Source of the DNA: a virus
Strand: one strand, 5' to 3'
Length of the DNA: 64,000 nucleotides
Virus record (IMG/VR): IMGVR_UViG_3300025102_000012
Span: 1 to 64,000 of that record
Shown in pieces: positions 48,455-58,871 of the stretch (position 1 is the stretch's first letter; each line of letters opens with the position of its first letter). The notes under the pieces were generated by a model, which ran no database searches, was not told the DNA's origin, and saw only the letters and a list, made by a program, of their open reading frames with translations. A program made the position numbers and the translations under genes.

Positions 48455-49056
48455 TACCACTTCACCTCCAAGTCTTTTTGTTTTTCTTTTTCAATAGAAA
48501 ACGCCTTTACTATACCGTTTTCTTTACCATATTGCCATAAATCATATACTAACTTTGTATCTTTCATACAATAATCAACAACTTCATTGTATTTTCCCAT
48601 CTTCCACAGTTTTGGTGCATCTGCACTATCCATTAGTTTAGAATCTTGCATTGTGCATTTCACTAAATTCTTAAGTTGGAATCTCTCACCGTGTTCTTTT
48701 AATAAGATTTTAGAAGTGTCTATGTATTGTTTTTCTTCTAAAAACTTTCTAATACAATATATATCTAAAGAGTCCCTAAGTATGGGTAAGTCAAACGCTA
48801 CTATATTATGTCCTAATAGTTTTACACCCTTTTGTAGATGTTCATCTAAATCAAACTTAAGTTGTCTTAGGGGCTTAACGATAAAATTAGATTTATTAAT
48901 GCTATCTAATCCTTCATCTAAATACACAGTACCAGTGTTACCATCCCAAGTAGCAACAGTAGAAACTTGAAACATATGCGTATTAGAAAAGCCGCCTATT
49001 TCATAAGACATATTCTTTGTCTCTATATCAAGAGCCAAAACCGACATACTTCTCAT
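48454..49056 (-). CDS. RNase H-like DEDD 3'-5' exonuclease (YprB/PolB-exo-like)
   Basis: LALDIET, GHNIVAFDLPIL, YCMKD. Confidence 0.8.
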   Translation of the reverse strand: MRSMSVLALDIETKNMSYEIGGFSNTHMFQVSTVATWDGNTGTVYLDEGLDSINKSNFIVKPLRQLKFDLDEHLQKGVKLLGHNIVAFDLPILRDSLDIYCIRKFLEEKQYIDTSKILLKEHGERFQLKNLVKCTMQDSKLMDSADAPKLWKMGKYNEVVDYCMKDTKLVYDLWQYGKENGIVKAFSIEKEKQKDLEVKW

Positions 49057-49286
49057 TCCTTTGAAGGACTAGACCAAAGTTTTGCGACTTTCTGTTCTTC
49101 CTTATTGACTGTAGGTTCTGCATCTATGTCTGTTCTTCTTTTTAAGAAACAAACTATTTGCGAACCGGCTACAATCAATTGAGAACAACATTCCCATCCT
49201 TCGTCACCATAAGTATTCAATGTATCTATAATTACTTTCGGCCCCTTTGCTACTTCAAAAACTAGGTATGTATTTTCCCACTTCAT
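49053..49286 (-). CDS. DUF4177-like protein
   Basis: MKWE...LNTYGDEGWEC...FLKR. Confidence 0.6.
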   Translation of the reverse strand: MKWENTYLVFEVAKGPKVIIDTLNTYGDEGWECCSQLIVAGSQIVCFLKRRTDIDAEPTVNKEEQKVAKLWSSPSKE

Positions 49287-50752
49287 TTATCTTCACCTCT
49301 CATTACTAACTTAATATAAGTGCTTCTTCCTTCTCTTACTTCTTCAAACTTATGTTTAATGATATCATAATATCTGTATATTTGTGACCTTGATTTTTTT
49401 GCTTTCTTTCTAACATCGGTTAAGAACAGGCTTTTGTTTATATATCCATTTTCGTCTTTCTTTATTTTATCGTATGTTGCTAGGAATAGTGGTTCTAGTG
49501 AATTCTCGGCTATACTTTGCCTCTTGACCTTTAGGCTTTGCTCTAACCACATAACCAATGTCTTATAACATTGTTGCACAAGAAGGGATGCTTGATGCAC
49601 ATGAACACCACTTACAATGAAGCGGTCTTTCTTAGAAGTAATGGAGGGAGCGGAAGCAACTGAACATAAAACGGACATCTTAATCATTATTTTCATTAAT
49701 CTAGTTGTGAAATTAGAACAAATCTTAGCAACATCCGGTCTAGTATTTTGTAGTTCAATGTTCATTTTAGTATATTCTAACTTCAATGCTTGTCTAAAGT
49801 CCGGACTATAAGTGATAGTCTTGAGTGGATTTTTACCTACCTCGTCATATCTCTCTCTAACTAAGTTGTATATGGCTACCAAAGAATCAGCGAACTTATC
49901 AACGGGTGCATTTACTTCTTCTATAGTTCCTGCTTTGTCAATCTGCTCTATTCTCATTTCATCTTGAATGTATTGTGGAACATCCCAAACATAAAGAAGC
50001 ATCCTTTGTAGAACACCTTTTTCTGCCATAATAGTATTTAGATTATTAGGGGGATAAGTCATTGCTAATACTGACCTCTCACAATAACAATTCATTGTTT
50101 GACCATCCATTGAGTCTAAGGCTTTTGAGATGACCCAAGATTCTCCGGCTAATGAATTCATTAAAGTATTCAAATAAACAATGCTTTGTTCTTTATGTTG
50201 AGATTGTTTAAATATTCCCGAATATTCAAATTCATCCCAATGGGCTAAACCATTTCCTTCAAGAATACCCGGTCTTCTTCTCCAATCCACCTCACCATCT
50301 TCATTTTCATCTTTAACATATTTACCAATCAAGACTGAATCAGTATAATCGGTTACTGAAAATGTATTGAAAATTCTTTCCATAGGGAGATTATTTTCAT
50401 TTCTGTATGGTGGATGTTTGCCTATCGCATTTATTTTCTCAAATGTCTTGTTTGCTACTTTACCCACAAAGTTCCAAAGAGTAGATTTACCCGTTCCCGA
50501 TGTTTGAACCCAACAAAAATGTATTCTGCTATCTTCAATATTTCTGCCATTTGGAATCCTAATAAAATCTTTACAGATTTGTCCTAACATAACAAAGTAG
50601 GATATACTAGCCGGTATTGGATTTGAGTGTGATACTTCAAGTGCCGAGTTTTTAAATTCTCTAACTACATAAGGTAGGGCTTGGTTCAAAATCTTTGCGT
50701 CTTCTTCAAAGGAATCGTATTCCTCATTTTCTATATTTTCTTCTTCATTCAT
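49283..50752 (-). CDS. AAA+ ATPase, putative divergent MCM-like replicative helicase
   Basis: Walker A SGTGKS, RRPGILEG, Walker B HWDEF, LQRML, TTR; C-terminal wH-like region. Confidence 0.65.
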   Translation of the reverse strand: MNEEENIENEEYDSFEEDAKILNQALPYVVREFKNSALEVSHSNPIPASISYFVMLGQICKDFIRIPNGRNIEDSRIHFCWVQTSGTGKSTLWNFVGKVANKTFEKINAIGKHPPYRNENNLPMERIFNTFSVTDYTDSVLIGKYVKDENEDGEVDWRRRPGILEGNGLAHWDEFEYSGIFKQSQHKEQSIVYLNTLMNSLAGESWVISKALDSMDGQTMNCYCERSVLAMTYPPNNLNTIMAEKGVLQRMLLYVWDVPQYIQDEMRIEQIDKAGTIEEVNAPVDKFADSLVAIYNLVRERYDEVGKNPLKTITYSPDFRQALKLEYTKMNIELQNTRPDVAKICSNFTTRLMKIMIKMSVLCSVASAPSITSKKDRFIVSGVHVHQASLLVQQCYKTLVMWLEQSLKVKRQSIAENSLEPLFLATYDKIKKDENGYINKSLFLTDVRKKAKKSRSQIYRYYDIIKHKFEEVREGRSTYIKLVMRGEDK

Positions 50753-51438
50753 ATTTTCACCTTCTCTTCCGAGTTTAATGTGGAGAGTATTCTGTTGGCT
50801 AGGGCTTCTCCAATCCCGTCAATTACTTGGAGTTGATACTCCGAGCATTCTCCTATTTCCATAATAGAGCCAAATTCTTTTATTAGTGCTTTTGCTTTTT
50901 TAATTGATATTCCTTTAATACTGGTTAATAAATCTAATCTTAAATCATCTGTTGTTATTCTTTTAAACACTTGTGGGGATATTGTATTTCTTGTTATTGG
51001 TTTCATTTTGCTTACTGCTGTTATTATTAATGCTGCTTCTTCTTCATTACTTACCCAAATGGGTTTTATGTCTGTATCTAATATTATTCTTCCTAATGCT
51101 CCTAAAAACTTATTATTTAGCATTACCTTTCTTGAAGAAATAGGCATTTTTGTCTTTGAATTAGCCAAGATATTTAAAATTGCTTCTTCTAAAGACCCAT
51201 GTATAATGACTACATTTGTTTTGTAGTGTCTATCCATATTATCTAATTGAGTCCAAAGCCTTTTTGACAAAACTGAACCTAAGAAATCTATAGTAGACTT
51301 TGCTTCAAAACAAACATCATCATATACATAATCACCTATTTCAATCCATTTCTTTTCATGGGGTATATTAAGAGCCTTAGCCTTCTTCATTACCAATTCA
51401 GCAAGATTTGACTTTTCTCTTGAATCAATTACTAGCAC
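50749..51438 (-). CDS. ERCC4/XPF-type nuclease with HhH motifs
   Basis: IDSRE, IGDY, EAKSTIDFLGS, IKGISIKKA, IDGIGEALA. Confidence 0.85.
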   Translation of the reverse strand: MLVIDSREKSNLAELVMKKAKALNIPHEKKWIEIGDYVYDDVCFEAKSTIDFLGSVLSKRLWTQLDNMDRHYKTNVVIIHGSLEEAILNILANSKTKMPISSRKVMLNNKFLGALGRIILDTDIKPIWVSNEEEAALIITAVSKMKPITRNTISPQVFKRITTDDLRLDLLTSIKGISIKKAKALIKEFGSIMEIGECSEYQLQVIDGIGEALANRILSTLNSEEKVKI

Positions 51439-52465
51439 TGTGATACCTCCAACATTTACCAACACAAAATCCTTCGCTAATTAACTTGTCACAATGAGGG
51501 GTATTATAATTATTGAATACTGTAAACTTTGCATGTTTTTTTGTGGTATGTTTATCCCAATCTAACCAAACTGTATCTGAATCTCCAAAAACTCTTTCTA
51601 ACTCTTCTATTACCAAATCTAATGTTTTTTGTTTTTCTTCAATAATTGTTAAATCACGATAGCCCGAAATCAAATCCCTATACCAAGATACTAGATATGC
51701 TCTTGCTATGTGGGAAGGATTCTCCGTCATGACAGCATTGTGTAAACAAGGCAACATGGGTAATTTTCCTACCGTATCGGGAACAGAAACTTCCCCTTCA
51801 ATCTCTTGAATAGGGGGTGCTTCGGGAAATACCACTAGTTTTTTTCCCTGTTTTTTGAAGGGTATATGGCGAGGTTCTTTTGCTAATAAAACCAATTGAC
51901 TGAGAGGCAGTTTTAAGTCTTCTTTTAGTAAAGGAATGCAATAATATGGCATTTTATTTTCGTCGGATGATGACATATTTACTGTGTTAGGAACTCTTCG
52001 CAATCTAGTAGTTTGACCTACTCTATCATCTAATGAATTGTTTTCACCTACTTTAGAAACTAAGTGAGTTTTTATCTCTCTAAACTTTATCTGTATGTTT
52101 CTCATATTATGAGTTTCTTCACCAAATAAGAACAAATGGAAGCCTCTTCCTGAAAAGAAAAGAGTATGTTCATACTCTTTAGAATATACTAATTCCATTA
52201 CTATTTTTAAATCATTCCATGCTTTTTCTAAGTCATCTTCGTGAGCATCAAAGTCTAAAAAAATTCTATCTAATATTACAGTAGAATCTATCTTTGCTTT
52301 TTCAGTAAATTGTCTAAAATCATATACAGTGGTATAGACATTCATCCTATTGTTTTGAGCATTAACAAAACCAATGTACTCATTTCTATTGAATACTATT
52401 CTTCTCTTCATCTGTGGAGCGTTCTTTATGTGACTCCCCGCCCACACTTCCCTCGGAAACTTCAT
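51425..52465 (-). CDS. priS: Archaeo-eukaryotic primase, PriS fused to PriL-CTD-like Fe-S domain
   Basis: FLDFD, FSGRGFH, RRVPNT; LPCL...SHIAR...CDKL...FCVGKC. Confidence 0.8.
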   Translation of the reverse strand: MKFPREVWAGSHIKNAPQMKRRIVFNRNEYIGFVNAQNNRMNVYTTVYDFRQFTEKAKIDSTVILDRIFLDFDAHEDDLEKAWNDLKIVMELVYSKEYEHTLFFSGRGFHLFLFGEETHNMRNIQIKFREIKTHLVSKVGENNSLDDRVGQTTRLRRVPNTVNMSSSDENKMPYYCIPLLKEDLKLPLSQLVLLAKEPRHIPFKKQGKKLVVFPEAPPIQEIEGEVSVPDTVGKLPMLPCLHNAVMTENPSHIARAYLVSWYRDLISGYRDLTIIEEKQKTLDLVIEELERVFGDSDTVWLDWDKHTTKKHAKFTVFNNYNTPHCDKLISEGFCVGKCWRYHSASN

Positions 52466-52751
52466 TTTTATTACCTCCAAAATTTACTGTTGCTGTACCT
52501 AGCATTTGTTTTATTACTTCTGCTACATCAGCCTGTATTTGTATTAACCCAATGTCTCTAAAGACATCTTCATATGCTTTTCCTAGCATATTATCATTTA
52601 TTCTAATTTCTCTTACTAAGTCAAATCTTTCTTTAAGCGATAGTTCAATGTATATCTCTTTGGCCAAAAGACCAATAGAGTTTGCTAAATCACTTACTTC
52701 TAGAAATGACCAGTTCTTAGACAGCACCTTACTTTTAATTAAATCTTTCAT
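52386..52751 (-). CDS. Hypothetical protein
   Basis: MKDLIKSK start right after the Cas4-like stop; 3' end overlaps primase start by ~80 nt. Confidence 0.5.
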   Translation of the reverse strand: MKDLIKSKVLSKNWSFLEVSDLANSIGLLAKEIYIELSLKERFDLVREIRINDNMLGKAYEDVFRDIGLIQIQADVAEVIKQMLGTATVNFGGNKNEVSEGSVGGESHKERSTDEEKNSIQ

Positions 52752-52755
52752 ATTA

Positions 52756-53661
52756 TCACAACCATGTATCTTCATTCGCACCATCACATATTCCAAAATA
52801 ACTACAGTGTTGGCACATTCTATAAAAGAACTTATGAGGAAATTCCTTCCTTTCATAAGCATATATCAATTTAGCAATATTGTTCATTACAGAAGTCATT
52901 GAAGCCTTCTTAATTGGTTCGGCATAAACATAATTAGAAACAGGATAATACCAACCCCAATGACTAACTTTCATGTCTCTAGTTAATCCGTTTTTAATTA
53001 GAACTTCATCGGGTGCATTCTCTATTAGAAGTTGATAGAAAGCCATTTCTTGCCTCATAGAAGTTGTTTTGTAGTCTTTCCAGCCACCAGTTTTATATTC
53101 AAAAGGAATTAACTTACCATCTTCGATGAAGATTCGGTCAATTATGCCTTGAATATGTATAACATAATCTCTAGATAATGTGAATTTTTTATTCGTATCT
53201 GCCCTAATTGTAATCTCAGCATCAAACTTTCCTTCATTTGAGATAGGTAAGAACTCATGGGTTTTATTTTCAGATACTGATTCAATGAATCTTTGGGCTT
53301 CAAAGGCCGCTACTGTTAAAGATATGTCAAAATATTCATCTACTGGCATTAAACCAGTGGCATATTCTACTATTTCTGAATTATTCATAGTAGTGGCTTT
53401 TTGTATATCAAAATCATTAAAGAAATTTTCTCTATGATTATGTAATATTGTACCTTTACGCATTGCTTCTGTTTGGTCTTGTGGTAATCTTTCAATGTAG
53501 TTATATTTATATTTTAAACTACACCAGTTAAAAGAACCTAGAGAAGATTTAGTTATCTTCAAAATAGGTTGTGATGGGTCATCGAAATTATCGGGTTGCC
53601 ACTGATATGTGTAATCTTTCATTGTTGCTATTTTTGCATTATATTTTTCATCTGTATTCAT
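52756..53661 (-). CDS. Cas4/RecB-like PD-(D/E)xK exonuclease with 4-Cys cluster
   Basis: SSL..FNWC, GTILH, GIIDRI, EYKTG, QEMAFY, CQHCSYFGIC. Confidence 0.82.
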   Translation of the reverse strand: MNTDEKYNAKIATMKDYTYQWQPDNFDDPSQPILKITKSSLGSFNWCSLKYKYNYIERLPQDQTEAMRKGTILHNHRENFFNDFDIQKATTMNNSEIVEYATGLMPVDEYFDISLTVAAFEAQRFIESVSENKTHEFLPISNEGKFDAEITIRADTNKKFTLSRDYVIHIQGIIDRIFIEDGKLIPFEYKTGGWKDYKTTSMRQEMAFYQLLIENAPDEVLIKNGLTRDMKVSHWGWYYPVSNYVYAEPIKKASMTSVMNNIAKLIYAYERKEFPHKFFYRMCQHCSYFGICDGANEDTWL

Positions 53662-53791
53662 CTTTTATTTCCCCTATAATAAAAATCATATAATCTTCAA
53701 AATCATAGTCCTCAAAATATCCTTCAACTTGTGCTGATTGATAGTCTTTCCATAACTCTTCTTTTCTTTTATCTAATTCTTCTCTATTCAT

Positions 53792-54706
53792 TTAAAACCA
53801 CTCCGTTAAGGACATTGGAATCCAACCTGTTCTAATACTTGAAATATCCCAATCCATAGCCTCATAGATTGGTTTTGCTTTTTTGATAATTTGCTCGGCA
53901 TAATGTTCATGAGCAGGAATTTGTTTCTTAAAATCAGTAGCGATGTTACCTGCTACGAACTCTACATTCTTTTTCTCTTTGGTTAGAGGATTAATATAAG
54001 TTTCATTTAAAGGTCTTACTTTCATAAACAAATAAGAATCTTCAAAATTATCTTCTCCCTTTTGCCAAGAATATAAAACACCTGCTATTCCCGAACCAAT
54101 AGAAGGTCTTTTCTGTTCTATCGTTAGAAACTCACTTACAGGAGTTCCACATTTATGGGTTCCTGCTCTACCTTCATTTTCACCACATAAGGCTAATTTA
54201 GTCAAATTTTTGAGATGATATTTTCTCTTACAGGATTGACACTGAACCATAAATCTAGATTCTTTAAGTCTACTTCTTTTTAATAGGAGAGAATTATCTA
54301 CTTCCCCACTAAGAATATTATTGTAAATAGTGCTAAGGTAATCGTTTATTTCTTTCATGCTTCTTTTAGTGACCCACATTTTAAGAGCCGTTGTTTGAAC
54401 ATCTTTTTCTAATTGTGTGGCGCTGACTCTTTTGGCAGTAAACCCAGTCATAACAAACTCCGGTTCGTCTAACCATTCTCCATCTTTCCATGTAATCATA
54501 CCTGCATTTCTATTCTTAGTTGTGCCTACCCCTAATGCTGAATAATATTTCTCAAACTCTAACACAACAGGGTGTTGTTCTAATCCCATAACATTAGGAA
54601 AGTGTTCTCTTACACTAGTCTCAATCTCTTTGATTACTTCTTCGGCTTTCTCAACAGAATCTATTTGCACATAGATTGAATCTGTGTGTCCGTAAACTAC
54701 TTTCAT
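53792..54706 (-). CDS. polB: Family B DNA polymerase, C-terminal part (palm motif C, thumb)
   Basis: VVYGHTDSIYV, LEFEKYY, KNRNAG. Confidence 0.85.
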   Translation of the reverse strand: MKVVYGHTDSIYVQIDSVEKAEEVIKEIETSVREHFPNVMGLEQHPVVLEFEKYYSALGVGTTKNRNAGMITWKDGEWLDEPEFVMTGFTAKRVSATQLEKDVQTTALKMWVTKRSMKEINDYLSTIYNNILSGEVDNSLLLKRSRLKESRFMVQCQSCKRKYHLKNLTKLALCGENEGRAGTHKCGTPVSEFLTIEQKRPSIGSGIAGVLYSWQKGEDNFEDSYLFMKVRPLNETYINPLTKEKKNVEFVAGNIATDFKKQIPAHEHYAEQIIKKAKPIYEAMDWDISSIRTGWIPMSLTEWF

Positions 54707-54850
54707 TTTAACCAATCCTTTGATGTGTAATAATACCTATTCTTTTGCCATTGACATATAAAGATACTATGTCGTTATTAACCATAACAGTAGTAACATC
54801 ATCTACATATCTTTTCATCCAACCAATAAGTTCTCTTTCTGTTTTCTTAT

Positions 54851-55051
54851 TCATGACATTCCCACCCTAGTTGGTGCAAGTATCTTATTAATAGGATAAA
54901 AGTCGCCTTTATCTCTAAGATACTCTTGTATCTCACATACTGCTCTTGCTAATTTAGCATTGTCTATCTCAAATAATGTATCTAGGTCTTTTTCTAAACC
55001 TTTGATTTTATTTTCTAAATTTTCTATTCTTCTTTTTGTATTTTCATTCAT
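54851..55051 (-). CDS. Small coiled-coil hypothetical protein
   Basis: Tracked ORF, coupled to neighbours. Confidence 0.5.
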   Translation of the reverse strand: MNENTKRRIENLENKIKGLEKDLDTLFEIDNAKLARAVCEIQEYLRDKGDFYPINKILAPTRVGMS

Positions 55052-55326
55052 AATATCACCGTTATTATAGTTATGATGGTTGCTATGTTTACGATATTTA
55101 CCATCATTAATATCTTATTACTTCTTGCTATCATAGCCAGCAATTCTTCTAATAACTCATTCGTTCTGTCCATCATCATTTTTATCTACTCCTTGTTCGA
55201 TGTCAATGATAACAGCATTACGCTTCAAATTATTCATCATTTGAAATATCTCCTCAACTTCTTGTAAAGTAATAACCCAAGTTTCTTCTGTATCATAAGA
55301 TACCTTTACTGTTACATATTTTGTCT

Positions 55327-55533
55327 TCATAGTTCTTTCCTCCTATATACTCCGTTTCTTAACTTCTCTACATTAGGAAGCCTGTTCAATAACCAACCAA
55401 TTGCTGATGCGGTTCCTATACTAGAAGTATTTCCTTTATTATGAATAATTCTATCTAGAATTTGACCGGAAGTAAACTCCCCGTTCATAGTTTCTACCGT
55501 TTCTGTTATCCATTTTCTAAATATCTTATTCAT
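55327..55533 (-). CDS. Small winged-helix-like protein
   Basis: EFTSGQILDRI...SAIGWLLNRLPNVEKLRNGVYR. Confidence 0.5.
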   Translation of the reverse strand: MNKIFRKWITETVETMNGEFTSGQILDRIIHNKGNTSSIGTASAIGWLLNRLPNVEKLRNGVYRRKEL

Positions 55534-55632
55534 CGTTAGACCTCATTTTTAATTCTTCTGCACATCTTTTACAATGAAACTTACCCTCAAATTGGGGATT
55601 GTGTACTAATGGTTTCATACATTTTATTCTAT

Positions 55633-57282
55633 TCACACTTGCAACTCCTTAGCCTTAAACGCTGCCAATCTAATTGCTTCTCTTGCACTAGCAGTAATGC
55701 TAGCGGCTAAATCTACATCAGCCCATCCGAACCCTTGAAACGCTAATACACCATAGAAAGAAGCCATTAGTCTTTTTACTGCCATTTGGTTATTGTACCA
55801 TTTAGAGTATTCATTGTTGTCTTTGGCACCTTTCATTCTTTTCTTGTATTCATTTCTTAGTTCCTTTAATTCAAGAACTGCTCTAGGTAAAAGACCTAAA
55901 CTATCTGTTTTGTAGTAGAGCATTTCTTGATTAGTTATAGCAGTAAAGTCTCTAGGAGTTGATATATTTACACCAAATTCGGTAGGTGTTTCACTCTTAG
56001 TTTCCCAAGATATGTTTCTAGCAACCATCATTGAAGGATATAGTTGTGCAAAATCAAAAGCCGCTACATTAAGATGAAGACCTTGAGTTTGTTCACTTAA
56101 AGGGTCATAAATCATAGCCCCATCATATTCTTTTCTCTCTACATTTCTATCTCCAGTTGGTGCTTTCCACCAAGCATTTCTCATAAAGTAAATACTTCCC
56201 ATATGAGAAGCATAGAAACAAGCATCGAATGGTGCTTTTAGTAGTCTTTGTAATGACAATATTGCTTCGCTACAATAATTCATTTCATCAATTCTAACAA
56301 TAAGTTCTACATCTTTTAGAGCGTATTCAAGATAAGTTTCTGTATCTTCTAACCAAGCCCTACGGAAAAACTCATTCTTATCGCTGAATTTACTTTCTTT
56401 TACCTTACCTTCTTCAAAGAGTAATTGAGATACATATTCTAAAGATAAAGATGGTAGTGTTCCTCTTTGGGAATCAGTCCATTGCCTTTCAAATGCTACT
56501 TCAAGAGAGAGCGTTATGCGGCCTCCTATAGGTTGTTCTATTGAATTGAATCCTCTTTCAGCATTAGCAAAAGAAAAGCCCTCAGTAGTCTTCTTAACTC
56601 CCTTAACATAGGCAATAGGAGACATTATTTGTGGGTCTAATCCTACAGCACATGCCCTATCTATTAGTTTAGGAATATCAGCAAAGTTACCAAACCAAGC
56701 AATTAACATATCAGGGTCTTTTACAACCATTGTAGTCATGAAGTCTTCAAGCATATCTTTTTCATTATCAAAGACTCTTTCTTTGTCATGAAAATAAATA
56801 CCGCCTGTATTAACACTGTTGGGAAACCAAGCCCACTGATAGTATTCTTTATCATAATTATCATATGCTACAATAGTAGTAATACAATCGTGATAATCTC
56901 CACCTTGTTGCCATTCCATATCCCAATACCATTTTCTTAAATCATATTCGGGCATTTCATCAATACAATCAACTGCATATCTAAAATGAAAAGGAACATC
57001 TGCTTCATAAGTTTTTTTAAACTTTCTTTTTGCCTTTTCCAAATCATAAGAATTTTCTACATAAACTCGCTTTAATTGTTTTTTATTCAAGTTTAAAAAA
57101 TCGCCCTTTTCATACTCAAAATCTCTTTCAATATATTTGGAAGCATTGTATGAAGTAGGTTCTTTTACCTTATCGGCAATATAGAAATATGGCTTGTATT
57201 CTTCTATCTTGTGTTCTTTTATGCCGTTTGTTCTCCAAGAAGTATAGATGCTTTTTCCATCGTTACATCTACTTATTATCAT
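55633..57282 (-). CDS. polB: Family B DNA polymerase, N-terminal part (exonuclease, motifs A and B)
   Basis: WDMEW (ExoI), YALKD (ExoIII), YDGA, FDFAQLYPSMM, KRLMASFYG. Confidence 0.9.
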   Translation of the reverse strand: MIISRCNDGKSIYTSWRTNGIKEHKIEEYKPYFYIADKVKEPTSYNASKYIERDFEYEKGDFLNLNKKQLKRVYVENSYDLEKAKRKFKKTYEADVPFHFRYAVDCIDEMPEYDLRKWYWDMEWQQGGDYHDCITTIVAYDNYDKEYYQWAWFPNSVNTGGIYFHDKERVFDNEKDMLEDFMTTMVVKDPDMLIAWFGNFADIPKLIDRACAVGLDPQIMSPIAYVKGVKKTTEGFSFANAERGFNSIEQPIGGRITLSLEVAFERQWTDSQRGTLPSLSLEYVSQLLFEEGKVKESKFSDKNEFFRRAWLEDTETYLEYALKDVELIVRIDEMNYCSEAILSLQRLLKAPFDACFYASHMGSIYFMRNAWWKAPTGDRNVERKEYDGAMIYDPLSEQTQGLHLNVAAFDFAQLYPSMMVARNISWETKSETPTEFGVNISTPRDFTAITNQEMLYYKTDSLGLLPRAVLELKELRNEYKKRMKGAKDNNEYSKWYNNQMAVKRLMASFYGVLAFQGFGWADVDLAASITASAREAIRLAAFKAKELQV

Positions 57283-58055
57283 CAATTACCACCGACATGG
57301 GGTGCTTTCATCAACATTCTATCGTTTGCTACTATCATCATAGGAAACTCATCTCTTACATAGAAGTTCAACAATTGGTCTTTCTTGAAGAAAGAATACA
57401 ACGGAGAACTAAAATCTAGAGTTGCTGATTCTCCAGTATTAAAAACAGCAGGTAAAACCTCTCTATACGAATTGGTGGCGTTGGTTGAAGAAGATATAAC
57501 TACTTCTCCGTTATGGTAATTCAAATTATAAATTCCTTCACCGACTAATTCACAATTACGCAAACAACTTTGGAAGTCTTTTTGGTTTAAAGTAAAAGAA
57601 CCTTCATAGTTTAAATTACTAAATGTGAAAAGAGTTGTTGGTTGTGGCTCATATCTTATGTGGCTAGTCATTTCAATTAATCTAGACAATGCTTCTTCAT
57701 GTGGATGATTAACTATCTTAGGAATACTAGCGGTTTTACTACCATTAGAAATAAGTATAAAATCACCAACAGTAATAGTTACAGTGCCATTAAATGATTT
57801 AAGGTACGGTAGAATAAGAGAAGCATCAGCATTACAGGTTCCTGTTTCGTGACCTTCTGTAGCAACCTCTAATGCTATCTTCAGCATAAAAGTAGAATCA
57901 CCGTTTACTAAAAGAAGTTGATTATCAACTAAATTAGCAGTAAAGACAGAACCAAAATTACCGGAACTAAATCCATTATTTGTTAGTCTCTTTCCTTTAA
58001 CCTGTAGGCTTTCTAATGCTTCTTTAAGTTCAATACTATCTATTGTGAATCTCAT
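57282..58055 (-). CDS. pcn: PCNA-like sliding clamp
   Basis: 257 aa, two-domain pattern, C-terminal EFPMMI...LMKAP; adjacent to PolB with RFC nearby. Confidence 0.7.
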   Translation of the reverse strand: MRFTIDSIELKEALESLQVKGKRLTNNGFSSGNFGSVFTANLVDNQLLLVNGDSTFMLKIALEVATEGHETGTCNADASLILPYLKSFNGTVTITVGDFILISNGSKTASIPKIVNHPHEEALSRLIEMTSHIRYEPQPTTLFTFSNLNYEGSFTLNQKDFQSCLRNCELVGEGIYNLNYHNGEVVISSSTNATNSYREVLPAVFNTGESATLDFSSPLYSFFKKDQLLNFYVRDEFPMMIVANDRMLMKAPHVGGN

Positions 58056-58870
58056 AATTTACCATCTCTCAGTTCGGGAATACCATTCCAATTTACATTT
58101 CCATTTTTTATTTCTAAAGATTCCCAAACCTTTCCTACAAGGTTGGTATTTGTTTTACTACTCAGTAGTTCTGCTTTATACACTACATTCCCCTTACGGA
58201 GTGTTCTTCGTGTATTGACTACTTGGAATAAGTAATCTCCCCAATTGTGCCAATTAGGTTTTGTTCCTACTACTTCTCCGGTTGCACCGTAGTCAGCCTT
58301 TGAATGAGTAATGTAGATTTGGTCACAATTAAGATTCTTACACATTGCTAATAATGAATAGAATGGAGCATTTCTTTTACCCCACTCAAACTTCATCTTT
58401 TGTGGTTTACCAATCTTAGAACTTCCTGTAACATGAAGCGTACAACAATCTAACCATTTATCTACACCATCAAATACAAAAAGAACATCTTCTCCTTCTT
58501 CTATTTTAGACTTAACAAAAAGAACAAAATCTTCCGAGTTTGCTTCCGACCTTTGTATATCTAGTTCACCATTAGCATTTCTAATTTCAGGATTCCAAAG
58601 TGTGATTCTATCTGTCATTTCGTGGTTTTGTCTCCATGTTGGTTCACAACCATCATCCCAATCCAAAACATAAATTTGTTTATCGGGGAAATCTAGTGCT
58701 AGACCGCTTTTTACAGTTTTAGGTTCTCCCCAAATACCGCAAACTAATCTGCTGTTTCTTCCTTTTCTTTCGGTTAGTTGCTTAATCAATTTATCTTGAA
58801 AGGCAACCACTCTTGCGTTATTATTCATTTCGTTACTTACTGCTTTTCCTTTATTACTACTTAATCCCAT
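58052..58870 (-). CDS. RecA/Sak4-like P-loop ATPase
   Basis: GIWGEPKTVKS (variant Walker A), YVLDWD, FVFDG, YITH. Confidence 0.65.
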   Translation of the reverse strand: MGLSSNKGKAVSNEMNNNARVVAFQDKLIKQLTERKGRNSRLVCGIWGEPKTVKSGLALDFPDKQIYVLDWDDGCEPTWRQNHEMTDRITLWNPEIRNANGELDIQRSEANSEDFVLFVKSKIEEGEDVLFVFDGVDKWLDCCTLHVTGSSKIGKPQKMKFEWGKRNAPFYSLLAMCKNLNCDQIYITHSKADYGATGEVVGTKPNWHNWGDYLFQVVNTRRTLRKGNVVYKAELLSSKTNTNLVGKVWESLEIKNGNVNWNGIPELRDGKL

Positions 58871-58871
58871 T

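Noticed and set aside
52756-53661. Cas4-like gene as evidence of a CRISPR-Cas locus
   Set aside because: No repeat-spacer array or other cas genes seen; stand-alone Cas4-like nucleases are common in archaeal viruses
54707-55632. PolB gap as a split intein, intron or pseudogene
   Set aside because: No intein termini or recognisable intron core; both halves are intact and the gap is filled with coupled small ORFs
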